A DNA stretch of 64,000 bases, taken from Marsupella aquatica (Eukaryota > Plantae > Marchantiophyta). Made by a program: the position numbers and the translations under genes. Where the stretch lies: positions 18,196,563 to 18,260,562 of the forward strand of contig OZ316894.1 in assembly GCA_973895155.1 (NCBI GenBank), in the 5' to 3' direction. This document shows, piece by piece, positions 47,324 through 60,924 of this stretch (the stretch's first letter is position 1; the number at the start of each line of letters is the position of its first letter). A model generated the notes under the pieces. It worked only from the letters and a program-made list of their open reading frames with translations. It was not told the origin of the DNA and made no database searches.

Positions 47324-47690
47324 TGGAGATGCGTCAACGGTCAATGGTCATGAGGAGATGCGTCAACGGTCAATGGTCATGAGGAGATGCGTGGAAAGAT
47401 TGTTTTAGGAAGGACGTTTGAAAAAGGGGTTCTTCAAGGCAAAAGAACTAGAATGTCATCGTAGTATTGTGCGAGTTGATGGATTTCCTTAATCGCTGTT
47501 TTCCTTCTGAAACGACGTGATTGGTGTTGTGCTCAAATAAACAGGGAGAAAGAATTATTGGGCATGCTACAGATGGGGCATTCTATATTCTTACCGGGAT
47601 TATTGGGCATGCCTCAGATGGGGCATTCTATATTCTTACCGGAATTATTGGGCATGCTACAGATGGGGCATTCTATATTCTTACCGGACG
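47324..47690. repeat. Short tandem duplications downstream of ULP1
   Basis: ggagatgcgtcaacggtcaatggtcatga occurs just over twice (47324-47391). attattgggcatgc..cagatggggcattctatattcttaccgg occurs three times (47554-47687). Confidence 0.9.
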
Positions 47691-48182
47691 TTGCAGCCCA
47701 CGAGAGACATAAGGACTACTCATCTTTCTGGTCATTTTAATAGAATGACGGATTGTAAAACAAGGAATTTTTTTTTATTTGAACAGGGTCGGATCTCTGA
47801 TAGGACATGGACAAAGAGTGCATAAAGCGGCAAACTACCCGAGCACATGCTGGGTGAACGGAAACAGTGAGAAAGTCGTTGTGCAGAGTTATCATCAAAG
47901 TACCACACAGGTTGAGTGAATTCCTTTTGTTATGTAATGTAGTCAATATCTCCCAAGTTGCGCTCTTGAGATCTGATCTAATTGTTTTTTCAGTAGAAAT
48001 ATTCTTGGAACACCAACGCACCAACTGTGTAAGAAAATTTGTAAAAGCTCTTTTTAGTAATGTGGAAGCTCACAAAAATTTATTACCGATGCAGCTTGGA
48101 TTGCCTTCAGACTACATGATTTAGACGGTACAAATCTCTTGTATAGTATGTCGTTCACATGAAAGCCTACTTTTAGAATTGG

Positions 48183-49500
48183 TCAGGGGAGTTCTTGTAA
48201 TGTGTAATGTAAAGGTAAAAGCGTCCAATGAGATCGCTCCCCTTTTTCTGTAGGTTCTGTAGAGGACAACGATCCTGTCCTGCCCGATATCAACCCCCAG
48301 TGTAAATGCATTCTTGGGTTTTGTACTTTGAAATCATTTGGTACCTTTTCGTTTGGCTTATGTCCACTGAAAAGAGGAAATATTTCCATGTTCATGGAAA
48401 ACAGGGACATTTTCGGGAGCTACCTTTGAACGCGTATTCTGAATAGGTAAACTCAATTGACAAATCCAATCAATACCTTGTTTACAGACTTTTGTCCAAG
48501 GGCAGTGGATGAGCTTTTCAGCACAACCACAATTTTGTGGCCTTTTCCTCACCAGCTCCTTTACCTGAGTTAACCGAGACAATGAAATCCTTCTAAACCC
48601 GCGACTGAGCACGAAATTACCTCCTGTCACCCTGTAATCAGTGAAAAATTGTTCCATGGACTCTTCCCATCAGATTCATAGGCCAGCACTCTTGTAGAAT
48701 TCTCTCAGGTTGCCCTCCTCGAAAATTTAGAAGAGGGAAATTGCTACCGGCATCCATGAGTTCTCGACAAAGCTCATTTGGAACTGATAGGTTTTGCCAC
48801 TCCGTGAGGTCTGTTCGTATCACCTGTCAATGCACTAAAGCTTTCGAAATTTTCAATAAGATGGGTTCAAGTATAATCTCGATTTCTCCTGTTGATGAAT
48901 GATGGCGCTTCGGAACTGATAGGTTTTCCACTCAGGGAGGTCTCTTCGTATCATCTGTGAATACACTAAAGCTTTCGACATTTTCAATAAAATGGGTTCA
49001 AGAATAATCGTGTAATCTCGATTTCTCCTGTTGATGGGGGATGGCGTCCAGGAGAATGTAGAAAGGCAACCCGTTCATTATAATGAGCCAGAAGATCATG
49101 AAGACATTCTGAATTGTGGTTGTAGGAGTCTGGCCAAGTCAGCTCAGCAAGTAAGCCACCTTAGGCAGTTGGCATTATAGATCCTGACTTGCGTGGGTAA
49201 GAACTAGTGTGCTGCACAAAGCGAGACTTTCAGAAATTAAGGTTACTCGGGACCGAGAGTTCATCTTGGACAGCAGCATATTTTCCCTAAACTTCTCTAG
49301 CGTCAACACTTTACGCGGAACGATTCTCTGGAGCTTGTAATAAGAGCTTGTTCTGAATTCTTTCACCGTGTCCATGGGGGCCCTCCAAGATCAGTTGTTT
49401 AGGGCCTTGACAGATGGCATGAGGTCTCCGAAATCGATATTTCTTGAAGGTTACATTCATGGTCGTCAAACAAATTTGCACCCACCCCTGTTCTCATCCT
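48183..49500 (-). pseudogene. Possible fragmented coding remnant of unknown identity, with an internal ~130-bp tandem duplication
   Basis: A chain of overlapping minus-strand ORFs (48638-48823, 48358-48657, 48183-48410, 49175-49375) has protein-like composition. Block 48781-48900 is repeated at 48912-49036. No motif was recognised. Confidence 0.25.
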
Positions 49501-51779
49501 AATTGTCAATCACCGAAAGCCACACGAGGGAGGAGGGTGGGGAGATCTACAAGTCACTCCAGGGCACGAAGGCATGGAAGGTGCAGAAGAAACAGAGGCT
49601 CCAGAGGCTAGAGCTATTTGCAGCCTCAGACAGAAAATCGGTTTCTACACCACAACAATAGACGAATCCATGGTGGGAGGTCCGTGGAGAGCAGGGCGTT
49701 GAGGAAGAGGAGAATCTGCCATGAACAGGGCCGGTCTTCTCCACAACATTACTTTAAACGTGCCACTAGTTTTACCAAGAAAAATCCTCGAGCAATGTTA
49801 GACCGCACAACGTAGTAAACCGTCGTTCCACTCACTCAGCCGTCTCCTCGAGTGTGCCACTTCGTCGATCCCACGTTGCCTGCGTTTCCTCGAGCTTGCC
49901 AGTTCGTTGTTCCCACGTTGCACTGTTTTGGGACTGCAACCTTCTCGTGAGGGGCCAAGGAGAAGATCCTCACATTCTTAGAAGAACCCGCCATGTAGAA
50001 ACTGGTCCACCAGAAAGGCCCCACTGGGAGTGCAGTTTCCACAGCGATTGCCAGGAAGTAGAGGGAACAAATTTACTGGAAAAGGGTCACTCTGGACTTT
50101 TTGCTGATGACCCATTTCAGTAAGCGGAAAAAGTCCAGAGAGGACCCGAAGAAAACTGAAACAAAAAAGTGATACATTCTGTCATTTCTGTGTCTCACAC
50201 AGAATGCTGATGACGATGACGGTACTAATTCTACAGGTACCAGTGTCTCAACGTCAATGCAACGACGATCGCCGCCACTCAGTCAGATTGCCTGATGAAG
50301 GGCTCAAACTCTGGAAGGCCCATTTCCCCATTGATTGAATTTTACACTTTCGCTTTCTTCATGGCTTGCGTGGGTCGTTGTGCTCCTTTTGACAGACAGA
50401 CGGCGTGACGCTGATGGTTTGCTTTGCTGGTGCGTTGCATGACCTTGACGTAGTCTGTTTCTTTAATGTTTCTAAGAAGTAGCTCATTGAGGTGGCACCT
50501 ACGAATTCATGGTAGGAACGAGATGTCATTTCGGATCCTGTCTCCGAGTTTGGCCCTTTTTGTTCGTTGGCTCTTTCTGAGCTTTTGCATTTTGGCATTG
50601 TGACACTTTTTGTTCGTTGGCGCTTTTCGTTCTTGGCATTGTCACACGTAATAAATGTCACGTTTTACACAGCCACAGTTCCTCCCAAATTAGTATTAAA
50701 TAGGATAAACTGCTAGCAGTCTGCTTTCCATTTCCCATATGGTTTAACTTAACTTGACTAGGTTGACATTTCATTGATCTGTGATGACCTGGTAGAGTCT
50801 CTTTCAATAACCCAAGTCCCTTAATCCACACCTGCCCATGTAAAAGGGTCCCTTTCTCTACCCGGCTAGTGTTCCAACAATGAATAGTAAAGCAGACCTA
50901 AAAAAAGTGAACCTCACCCCAAGACTCGTGCGCATTCTTCCATTCATGGTGGAAATGCATTCTTCCATTCATAGAAATGACAGCTATGCCTTAGTCCTAG
51001 CTCTTATATGTGCAGTTGTGATGATTTAACCAACTGACCAAGTTTTTGTGTTGTGCCATAAAAATATTCGTTGGGGTCCGTTGAGAAACTGTTCCTTGAT
51101 TGGGGTGGCAGTCTTGATGACTTGATGGGGTGCTCATGCTTGTATTCAGTGTGCTGCTCATGGCTGTTTTTACCATGGTGAGTATTTCGTCAAAGCATTT
51201 TGAAAGTTTACATGACATGATAAGGTAATTGTTTCCTAATGGACCTCATCTTCAGCCTTGTGCCAAATTGGTTGAGAGTAGTGTCACACCAAACTTATGT
51301 GGTGATTGGGGTTTAAAGTTTCAAATTCATTTGATGGGTCAAAATACACTAGTATAATGTGTATGGTTAACAAAGCAGATTTAACACTTAAGGTCCCCTT
51401 CAAGTAAATTGAGTTTTTGGCTTCTTTCTTGTATCCTCTGCTGGCACTCCGTCAGTTTTTCAAGTATTTGTTCTTTCAACTATCTTAATTCCTTTTTCAA
51501 AAGTCTTTGTTATTTTTTCAACCTTCCTAATTCATGGGTTGTCAGTACACATTTATCGAGAACTCCCACTTAGCGCCAGTACGCTGTACAGTAAACAGCC
51601 GTCTGTAAATGTGAGTTAATTCAAGAGGGAAAAATCACACCATCAATTGTTCTGTGGATTCTCTAGCACCTGAACCCTCTCAGAGCTGAGGACTCGGCGG
51701 TGGAGGAGCACTAGCAATTTAATGCTCGACCCTAAACTGGCTGAATTGGCACAGTCCGTTATACAGCACTCACAGTCAC

Positions 51780-52240
51780 ACAGTCACACGAGCGTCTATT
51801 GATGGGTCCGCAGTCGATCAGTCCCTCGAAGCTCACAATTACTTTCTTGTCCTATCCTAGATTAGTTTCCCTTAATACACATCAAAATGTCATAATATAG
51901 GGTGTGCAATCATTAATTAATTTAAAGGTAATAGCAAAATTTATCATGGTATGGAGTTATGTTAATACACAATATATGTCATAATATTAATTTCTCTCGT
52001 GGGTCACATGAGCATCTATTGACGGGTCCGCCATCGATCAGTCCTCAACGCTAACAGTTAAGTTCTTGTCCTTTTGTGAGATGCCCTGATTAGTTTACTC
52101 TTAAGATTATTGCATATCACAATGTGATAATATATGTGTACACTCATTTATTTAAAGAAAATAACACAATTATCATTATATGGACTTATGTCCTACACAA
52201 TATATATGTCATATTAATATATTATTAGTTTTTCTCGTGG
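51780..52240. repeat. Diverged ~220-bp tandem duplication
   Basis: gagc.tctattga.gggtccgc..tcgatcagtcc occurs at ~51790 and ~52010, each followed by a similar AT-rich tail. Confidence 0.7.
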
Positions 52241-54991
52241 CATCGTATCTCGTGATGACCGGGTATTGCTCGTTACCATTTGGATGTCGGCGGCGGGGTT
52301 CAATTAATTCACTCCGGATTTTTGGCGCGAGTTTCACCATAAAGAGGGGTTTCAACAGAACCTATCATCGCCGTCGAATTTACGAGGAAAGGTAAAAGGG
52401 AGCCAAGTCAGCCAACCGAACCGTGCGGACTCGATGTCCCAGTTCATATGGTGCGGGGAAACTCGCTCCATGAGTTCGAAACGCTTGCGTGCTCCCGCGC
52501 GAGATTACTTGCACGGTAGCACAGTGCAGTGCAAGACCAGAATAGATCGGTGTTTCGACGTATGACACAGTTTCAATGCGTCTCTTGTCTCGTCGTTTTT
52601 CCTGGAAGGCCGTTTTCCCCCTTCTGCGAAGTTTACGTGTCAGTGAAGGTTTACTCGAAGCCACCCGTGTCGGCGGGGAATAAAACGTTAAACCCATCTT
52701 TCCAGGGAGGAGTCTTCGACGCCGTTGCATTCCCGAACACGTGACAACCACGTCGAGTGGATGTGGAGATAAAGACCCGGGCGAAAGACGACGCAAAGTC
52801 CCCGTATCTTTATCGAAAAGTCCCCCCTAGACCCCATGGGTGTGGTTCGTTTTGTTACCACGTATTAAGGAATGTCGTAGGACGAGACTTTCCGTGAGTA
52901 CGTGTTGCGTTTTGCGTACTCTATACTGTCGTGTTCCTAATGAGTGCCGACTCCGCAGATACTCTCAGGCTTCAGGGCTGTCCCGGAGATTCTCCCGTCC
53001 AGACTGCCCATACGCATCATTTTTGCGAATGCCCTCCCGTCCGTCCGTCCGTCCAGTCAGGGGTGTTGTACCCGTGCTCCACCATCCATCCGTCACTGTC
53101 CCAAGTCCCAACTTGGCACCCTAGACTCTCCCTAGTGCAACGGGGTATGCTTTCCGTGGTACGCTCTATTGCCATTCGGTTTGAAAGTACTTAGGGGCGT
53201 TTTAAATACAATGAAGTTTTGCATGTGATCTCGTGCGGGAGTGTTGTGGCCTAGGGCAGCGGGAACGACTGGTCAAGCACTGAATGTGAGACCTTACCAG
53301 TCAAACCCAGGAGTCATGACCAAAATGGAGGACAAATTGCTAAGAGGATGACATTCAATTTCAGTGTGCTCATTGATTCATGTTGTCATTTCACAGACCC
53401 CTCTCAAATCTGAGAGCCCAAAATATCATTCCCCAGCTATACCCAATTTTGGTGCGCTCGTGAATTGGGTTTTTTTCAATATTTAAGACATCCTACTATA
53501 GTGCCTGACAGCACAACTAGTTTGCCATGTAAGCATGGAGTGGATGAAGAGAGGCCAAATGTGTTTAGGATTTAGGATAACTAATGTCTGTGCAAATGGT
53601 TATTAGGTTGTAACCTTGCTTCCTAAATGTGAAATTATCAGGTTACAGTCTAGAACTTGATCTTGGTTATTGCACTCAAATTCTGTTAAAAAAATATATT
53701 AACCTACTGTATATTTGTGGACACTATATGATGAGAGTAGGATTGACTAGAAATGGTTATTGACAGGTTCCATTTATTTCATACAGAATATACAAAAAAT
53801 GAGGGAGATGGTGGGTGACGAAGGGGTCTTGGTACATGTTCTGCAAATTTTTGCAAAACATTTACACTAATTTGTAAAAGCATCAAGAAATGGAAACTGA
53901 AGTGGGGATGGATTGAAACTTTGTTTCATGAAGCCCAGTTGGACTGCAAACTTGAATTGATAGCTACAATTGACTCAGATAACAATATTCACACTATTGA
54001 TTAAACCATGACCCCTAAAAGGTATCCTTGTAGTTTGTAGCCTATTTCATTTACATTCCCTCGTGTCATGTAGCATAGGCCACCAATGATCAGGTGTGAC
54101 TTGGTTTTTTAATATCAATCTCTGTTGAAACAGCATTAAGTGAAATTCTGATAAATAATATTTAACCAAATGATCTCAATATTTGGCCAAATTGTGCCAC
54201 TAATTAAATATGTACTTTCAGTATGGAAGGTTCCAGTGTGTAACCATTTTTGTAGGTAATTGTTATGTCCATAATCTCTTGACAGGAAACTCACGATTAT
54301 TAGTAACTTTTTCTCAGACAATAATTATGTAGTGTAAAGGAGGTCTGGGTAAGGGCTCTAGCTTAAATACTATTGTCAGAAGGATTAGGATTTCCTAATT
54401 GTCAGAATTAATCATTAATTCCTAATTTTGACAATTAATCCTAATTGTCAGAAGCTTCAGCCTTCAATCAACTTTAATTCACTTTCTTTAATTCACTTTC
54501 TGGTACAATCTCCCATCAAATTTTTATTTACTTTCAGTTATTAGGATGATAGACTACAAGTAACCCAGCCCTTACCGCCGTTTTATCCTTCGACACCGTT
54601 CCTTCCTGTAATCCTGTATGCCTCGCGCAGTCACTCCTCTGCGTCCGCTGTACGTTCTGATACGGCGCCCGTTACCGGCATCCCGGCAACTGGGTAGGCT
54701 TCCAAGGACTGTACAGTAGTAGTAGGGTAGCGTATTGTAGAGTACAGTACTCGGTCACGTTTGTGCGAAGCAATACCGTAGGAAAGAGGGAGGGAGGGAA
54801 GCGAAGGGATGGATGGATGGAGGGAAGGAAGCGAGGAAAGACGGGAGGAAGAGCGCACGCAAACGCGGGTGGGGGTCGGTTCCTTGATTCCTTCCCTTCC
54901 CCGGCTGCCCTCTTCTCCTCTTCGCCCCCCTCTCACGGTCCGTCCGTGTCCACGCGCTCCTCTCCTCGTCGCCCGTCGTCACTCGTCACCC

Positions 54992-55075
54992 TCCGTCGTC
55001 CCGTCGTCCCCGTCCTGTCCCGTCCCGTCCCGTCCCCGTCCCGTCCCGTCCCCGTCCCCGTCCCCGTCCCGTCCG
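54992..55075. repeat. (CCCGT)n microsatellite upstream of, or in the 5' leader of, ClpD
   Basis: Visible directly in the sequence. Confidence 0.85.
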
Positions 55076-55967
55076 GGCTTCTCGCGTAGAAGCAGTGCGC
55101 GCTGCTGCTGCTGCTTCATGTGTTCGTCGACGCTGGAGAAAAGGTTTGCTGAGGCAATTCGGGAATTGGGATTCAATTGGGAGTGTGAGAGAGAGAGAGT
55201 GAGGCGAGGAGACACAAGTCGGACGGAGAGTGGCCAGAAAGTCTCTCGATTGCGGTCCCTCTCGTGGCAGCGTGCATTGCAAGTAGGGTCTGGCGCTGTG
55301 GCGTGTGTCTCCTTGCGCTGCCGAAGTTCATATACGCTGAGCGATGAGCGGGTCAATAATCTCAGTTTCCAGTCCACCACGATAATAATATTGTGATTGT
55401 TGTTCCCTGGAGCGCGGCATCGGGTTCGAGGATCGTTTCCGTCCGCCGCTCGCTGTGGCTCAATTTTTTTGTAAGATAGGTTCGATTGCACGTTTTTGAT
55501 CACTGGATTGCTGAAGGGGACTTTGTGGAGAGGGTGGTGTTGGGGGTTTGATTTCGTTCTACTAGACATCAGGGTCTCGTTGACGACCACCGGGTTTGGA
55601 GCGATTATTGCCTTATTTTCCATTGCGGACGACCCAACAAGGGTTCGTTCGATTGTTGCGGAATTCCGAAATTCAACCAATTAAATCAATTTGTCGACAT
55701 TCTGCCCGCACTTGAGAGTGCGTGGCTTGTACAATTTTTAAAAGTTGTAAGCGAGGCGTGGTGTGTGAGAGATAGAGAGGGAGAGAACGATCTGTTGCCT
55801 GGTGACTCTCTCCACTCGCAACCTCAGTTCTTCGTCTGATTTGCGGATCTTTGGACAATTACAGTGCGATCAGACACGCCGGAGCCGGAGGGGGCGTGAC
55901 GTCGTAGAGAGATATTTTCTCAATCGTTTTTCTGGGAAGGAACTCTAGCAAGCAGTGGTCTGTCACG

Positions 55968-58900
55968 ATGGAGGTGATGGCGAGCTCTTTTGCCGTTCAC
56001 CGGTCCATTTCTGCACCTCACTCTGCTATTCTGGCCGAGCGTCATCCAACCGTAGCTCGTGTAAATCCAATTCTCGCTAGGAAATCTGCTGCTCCTTCAT
56101 TGGGAGTGTCCACTAGGGCTCTACGGTATAGTCACGAGGGCCTGAGGAAAAGTTCTGTCGTCGACGTATTGAGGCCCATCTCTCTCTCCGAGGGATTTGA
56201 TGCGGCTGTGTCATCTAGCCTGAGCCCCAGTGTGGACAGCGATGAGGTTCATGGAAGTGGAAGTAGAGCACCTGGGATGCCATTCGATGAGCCTCGAGGA
56301 AACCGAAGCCGTGGTGTAGTGTCTGCTGTTTTTGAACGGTTCACCGAAAGGGCAATTAAATCGGTCATGTTGGCCCAACGAGAGGCGAAGGCTTTAGGAA
56401 AGGGAGAAGTTGGAACAGAACAGCTTCTATTGGGGCTAATTGCAGAGGACAGAGGTAGCGAGGGGTTTCTTCGAACGGGGGTAACAATTGAGAGAGCGAG
56501 GGAGGCGGTCCGAGGCCTTAGCGATGAAAGACTTGGGGGCTCTTTAAGTCCAGACAAGCCTGCAACTGAAGTTCCTTTCTCTCGGGGCAGCAAACGTGTA
56601 TTTGAAGCGGCCTTGGAACACTCAAAGCAGATGGGGCACAATTACATCGCTCCTGAACACATCGCCCTCGCTCTCTTGGCTGTAGACGATGGTGGCGCAA
56701 GCATGGTAATTGATAGGTACGGTAATCCGGTTCCCTCTACGTACTGGTCGGTGCCATGTCCTTCCCTACTAGATTTTGGAGGTTTTTTGGGGGCTGATGT
56801 TGTAGGACTTGTTTACTTACTTCCCTGGTTCTGGTTGGTTGCCGTGCCTTCCTTTCTTAATCTCAAACCTTTGTATAGCTGTTACCTTTTCTTATGTGCG
56901 CCGTCAATGGACGTTACCGCTGCTTTGTCAGTTGAAATCGTCGTGAATAGATCTTCATGTGTGGCTGAATGAGTGTGGAAGTGGTGTTGGGTTGGTAGGC
57001 TTGTCGTGATTTTCAGCTGACGTTGACATGAAATCGAGTTTTCCTGTAAGATTCTGAAGCTTGGTTTGAATCATCCCTTGTGCAGATTGGGACTGAGTAA
57101 AGATAAGTTACACTCCGAGGCAGCTAACAGGCTGCAAGGGGAACTAGCGAAGGAGGGGAGGGCAGCATCCTCATCTGTGGCCTTGCCCGCTAAGGCTGCC
57201 GCAGGAGCGACGACGTCCACGAAGGGATCCCGAAGTCGGAAAGGTCTCTATTTTACGCCATCCGAATTGTTTTTCGGTTGTTTTTATTTCCGGTTGGGAA
57301 GGCTGTGACTCTACGTGTTTTAATTCATCTTCTTCGCTGTTCATTCTGATTTTAATCTTATGTCTCGGGATTGCAGATAAGGGTGCCTTGAATGATTTTT
57401 GCGTGGATCTCACTGCGCGTGCAAGTGAGGGGAAAATTGACCCTGTGATTGGGCGAGACAAGGAAGTGCAGAGAGTTGTTCAGATCCTTGCGAGAAGAAC
57501 TAAGAACAATCCCATTCTCCTGGGAGAGCCGGGAGTGGGGAAGACTGCTATTGCCGAAGGCTTGGCTGTCCGAATTGCCTGCGGCAACGTGCCTGATTTT
57601 CTCATCGTGAGTATTTATTTTCTGCTGCATCTTTCCGTGGTTTCAGACTTTTGCTTGGCTTAGCTGTTATTCGGTCTTTCATTGTTGGATTGAAGTGTTT
57701 TCTGCTTTCGTGAACCGAGATTCGAGTTATTTGAGGTAAATTGTTGACTGGTCATTCTTTCGAAAATGCAGGGGAAGAGAGTGATGTCTTTAGATATGGG
57801 TTTACTTCTGGCGGGCGCGAAAGAGCGTGGTGAATTGGAAACAAGGGTGACCGGCCTCGTGGAGGAAACTCGGACGGCAGGCAACGTTATTTTGATGATT
57901 GATGAGGTCCATACATTGGTCGGATCTGGTTCTGTAGGCAGGGGAGGTAGCAGTGGAGCTGGCCTGGATATCGCCAATCTTCTGAAACCTGCCTTGGCTA
58001 GAGGGCTGTTGCAGGTATGATTTTGATATCCTGACGATAGGACTCTCGACCTAGATTCCGCACGGGATCGATTTGACTTTCTAGAATTTTCATGGAAATG
58101 CATCCAAAATCCATAGAAATCACCTGAAAACAGTTTCATGACGACGACAGTCTTTCTTACGTGTCTCCTGTTCCTTTCGATTTGCAGTGCATCGGTGCAA
58201 CAACTTTAGACGAGCACAGGAAGCACATTGAGAAAGACAAAGCTCTTGCTCGTCGCTTTCAACCGGTTATGGTGAATGAACCCAGCCAGGTAAGAACAAG
58301 AATGGTGACTTCTGTGTTACTTTTTTCTGTGTAGTGGGAATGGTAGGATTTTTGTTGGGGAATACTTGTCTCCTGAGGTAATTCCACCTTGTATGGTGTA
58401 ATAAATACGGATCATACGGCTCGCATTGGGTGCTTTGGATCTTTGGAGCTTGAACTGTGAACCTGCTTTGAATGTTTGGTGCTTGCTTCTTTCATTGTAT
58501 GAGTGTCATTGTCGGTAGGAATTGTAGTCTGCAAAGCTGAAGTGTTTCGCGTGATATATTTCACCAATGCAGGAGGACGCGATTGAGATACTCTTGGGGC
58601 TACGCAGCAAGTATGAAGAGTATCACAAGTGCAGGATTACTAAGGAGGCTGTAGAAGCTGCTGTGTACTTATCAGCGCGGTACATTGCTGATAGGTTCCT
58701 TCCAGACAAGGCCATAGATCTTCTGGATGAAGCTGGGAGTCTCGCCCGGATAAATGCTTTCAAAAGACGAAAGGAGCGACAGGTCGCCATTCTTAGCGAG
58801 TCTCCCAGCAGTTATTGGCAAGAAATCCGCAGTGTGCAGGCTGCTCAAGAAGCGGTGAGTTCTTTGATTCAAGGATCAAAGTGTGATTATTTCTTTTCAG

Positions 58901-60924
58901 TGTTTTCTCCATCCGACGACAATGTACAGTAGAACCCAAAACTAGAGGCTGGCCTGCTGGATTTTTCTGATTCTTGCCCTTACTATGTCCTGACAGGCGT
59001 TAGTTCCTCAGTCTGCAGCTGGAGTAACGGACTACATGTCTCAAGGGTCGTCTGGATCTGGTGCATCAGTATCCACGGTATTGCCAGAAAGCTCGAACGT
59101 GAGCTTTTTAGGAGACGATGAGATGTCTGACTGGTAAGCATCCGTCTTGACTTATGAAGTCCCTTCGTTTCGGGATGGAATGAGTAGTATGCAGTGTCAA
59201 TGTTCCAAGAGAGCCATGAAGAATACACAACGTTGGTATGCCTTGTTGCTCAAGATTTGTCTTTTAGCTGATACTCGCTGAAATGACATTGATGCCCGAA
59301 ATGTTGGGATGAAGCCACGTACGAAAATAGTGAAGAGCTTTGAGGTGGACGTCCGGAAGTCTCGTTATACACATTCCGAGGCGGAATGAATGAGAAATTT
59401 ATGCGAGTGGTAATTCTGAATATTGTGTGGTTTACTTTCAGGCCCGTGGTAGTCGGACCTGCAGAGATTGCTTCAGTGGCTTCCGTTTGGTCAGGTATTC
59501 CCGTGCAACAGTTGACAGAGGACGAGCAAATGAAATTGATGGAATTGGAGAGTTTACTGCGGACCCGAGTCGTTGGCCAGGAAGACGCTGTTAGTGCTAT
59601 CTCACGTGCAGTAAGGCGTGCACGAGTGGGTTTGAAAGATCCCGATCGTCCAATTGCAGCAATGCTTTTCTGTGGCCCAACTGGAGTAGGAAAGACAGAG
59701 CTAACCAAGGCTCTTGCCCAGCACTATTTTGGCTCTGTAAGTACCGCTCCCAAGTAGTAGTAAACGTCCGTTTGTGTCAATCCTCCAAATTTTGAAATTT
59801 TTCGTTTTGAACGACTCAGGGAGGATTTTACAAATGTTCGTCGCCCTTTTTATCCTCTGGCTACTTTATTTGATTTATTTCCTCGAAGGAGTTCTTCGAA
59901 TGTGCTGACCTGGACTTTCTGCATTGGCGATGAATTGCAGGATGGCGCAATGATAAGGCTGGACATGAGTGAGTATATGGAAAGACACACAGTCAGCAAA
60001 CTAATTGGATCTCCGCCAGGCTATGTCGGTTATGGAGATGGCGGTGCTTTAACAGAAGCAGTCAGAAGAAAACCCTACACTGTAATACTTCTGGACGAGA
60101 TTGAAAAGGCACATCCTGACGTTTTCAACATTCTTCTTCAAGTATTTGAAGATGGACACCTTACAGACTCTCGGGGAAGGAAAGTGTCATTTAAGAATAC
60201 TCTCATTGTCATGACATCGAATGTTGGGTCATCACAAATTGCAAGGGGAGGTAGCAACCAAATTGGGTTTACCTTTTCGGACGAAGCTGATGGTGGTAAA
60301 TATTCTGCTTTGAAGGCTCTTGTCATGGATGAACTGAAGGGATTTTTCAGGCCTGAGCTATTGAACAGGCTGGACGAGGTGGTGGTATTCCGCTCTTTAG
60401 AAAAAACTCAGGTAACTACGGACTATATATTTCTGTCCCTCGTGTCAAATAATTGTTGAGTAGTTGTTCTTAGGTCCATTCTGGTTTGGCTTATTCTAAA
60501 CTATCAGCGTTCTCTTAAAGGCCATTGGAATAGTTGGAGGCCTCTCTTATGATCAATCGTCCTATGGCTAACTTTGCTTGTTGTGCACCAGGTTCGTACG
60601 ATCGTGGATATGATGATGGAAGAGACCAAATCTCGACTTCTTGCTCGAGGAGTTGGTCTTGAGATATCTGAAGCAATGTTCCAACTGATATGCGACCAAG
60701 GGTATGACAGAAGTTATGGAGCCAGGCCCCTCCGCAGAGCTCTAGTTCGACTGGTAGAAGATAATTTGAGCGAGGCATTGTTGTCCGGTGTATATGAGGA
60801 AGGGGACACAGCTTTGGTGGACATCGACGAAACCGGTAATCCCACGGTGATCCGCCACGTGAAACCGGACCGTTGCGAGACGGAACTTTGTTTACCATTA
60901 GTGAAGCCTGTTGTCGTAACTTGA
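55968..60924 (+). CDS. CLPD: Chloroplast Clp chaperone ClpD (ERD1-like AAA+ ATPase), 10 exons
   Basis: Transit peptide. Exons: 55968-56716, 57086-57243, 57377-57606, 57772-58014, 58188-58289, 58573-58854, 58997-59133, 59442-59736, 59941-60411, 60592-60924. [13 protein letters not shown]...LIAEDR and YWQEIRSVQ are ClpD-type rather than ClpC-type. Walker A motifs GEPGVGKT and GPTGVGKT; also [11 protein letters not shown] and YGARPLRR. Confidence 0.93.

Noticed and set aside
47554-47690. ORFs with the repeated peptide IIGHATDGAFYILTG
   Set aside because: This is simply the translation of a 45-bp tandem repeat, with no ATG-led or spliced gene context.
54631-55680. Long overlapping ORFs upstream of ClpD (195 aa and 233 aa)
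   Set aside because: GC-rich leader and microsatellite sequence with low stop density; no domain-like content.
59250-59708. Antisense ORFs overlapping ClpD, CGEP, ULP1 and PRMT3 exons
   Set aside because: They are shadow frames of the real + strand exons.
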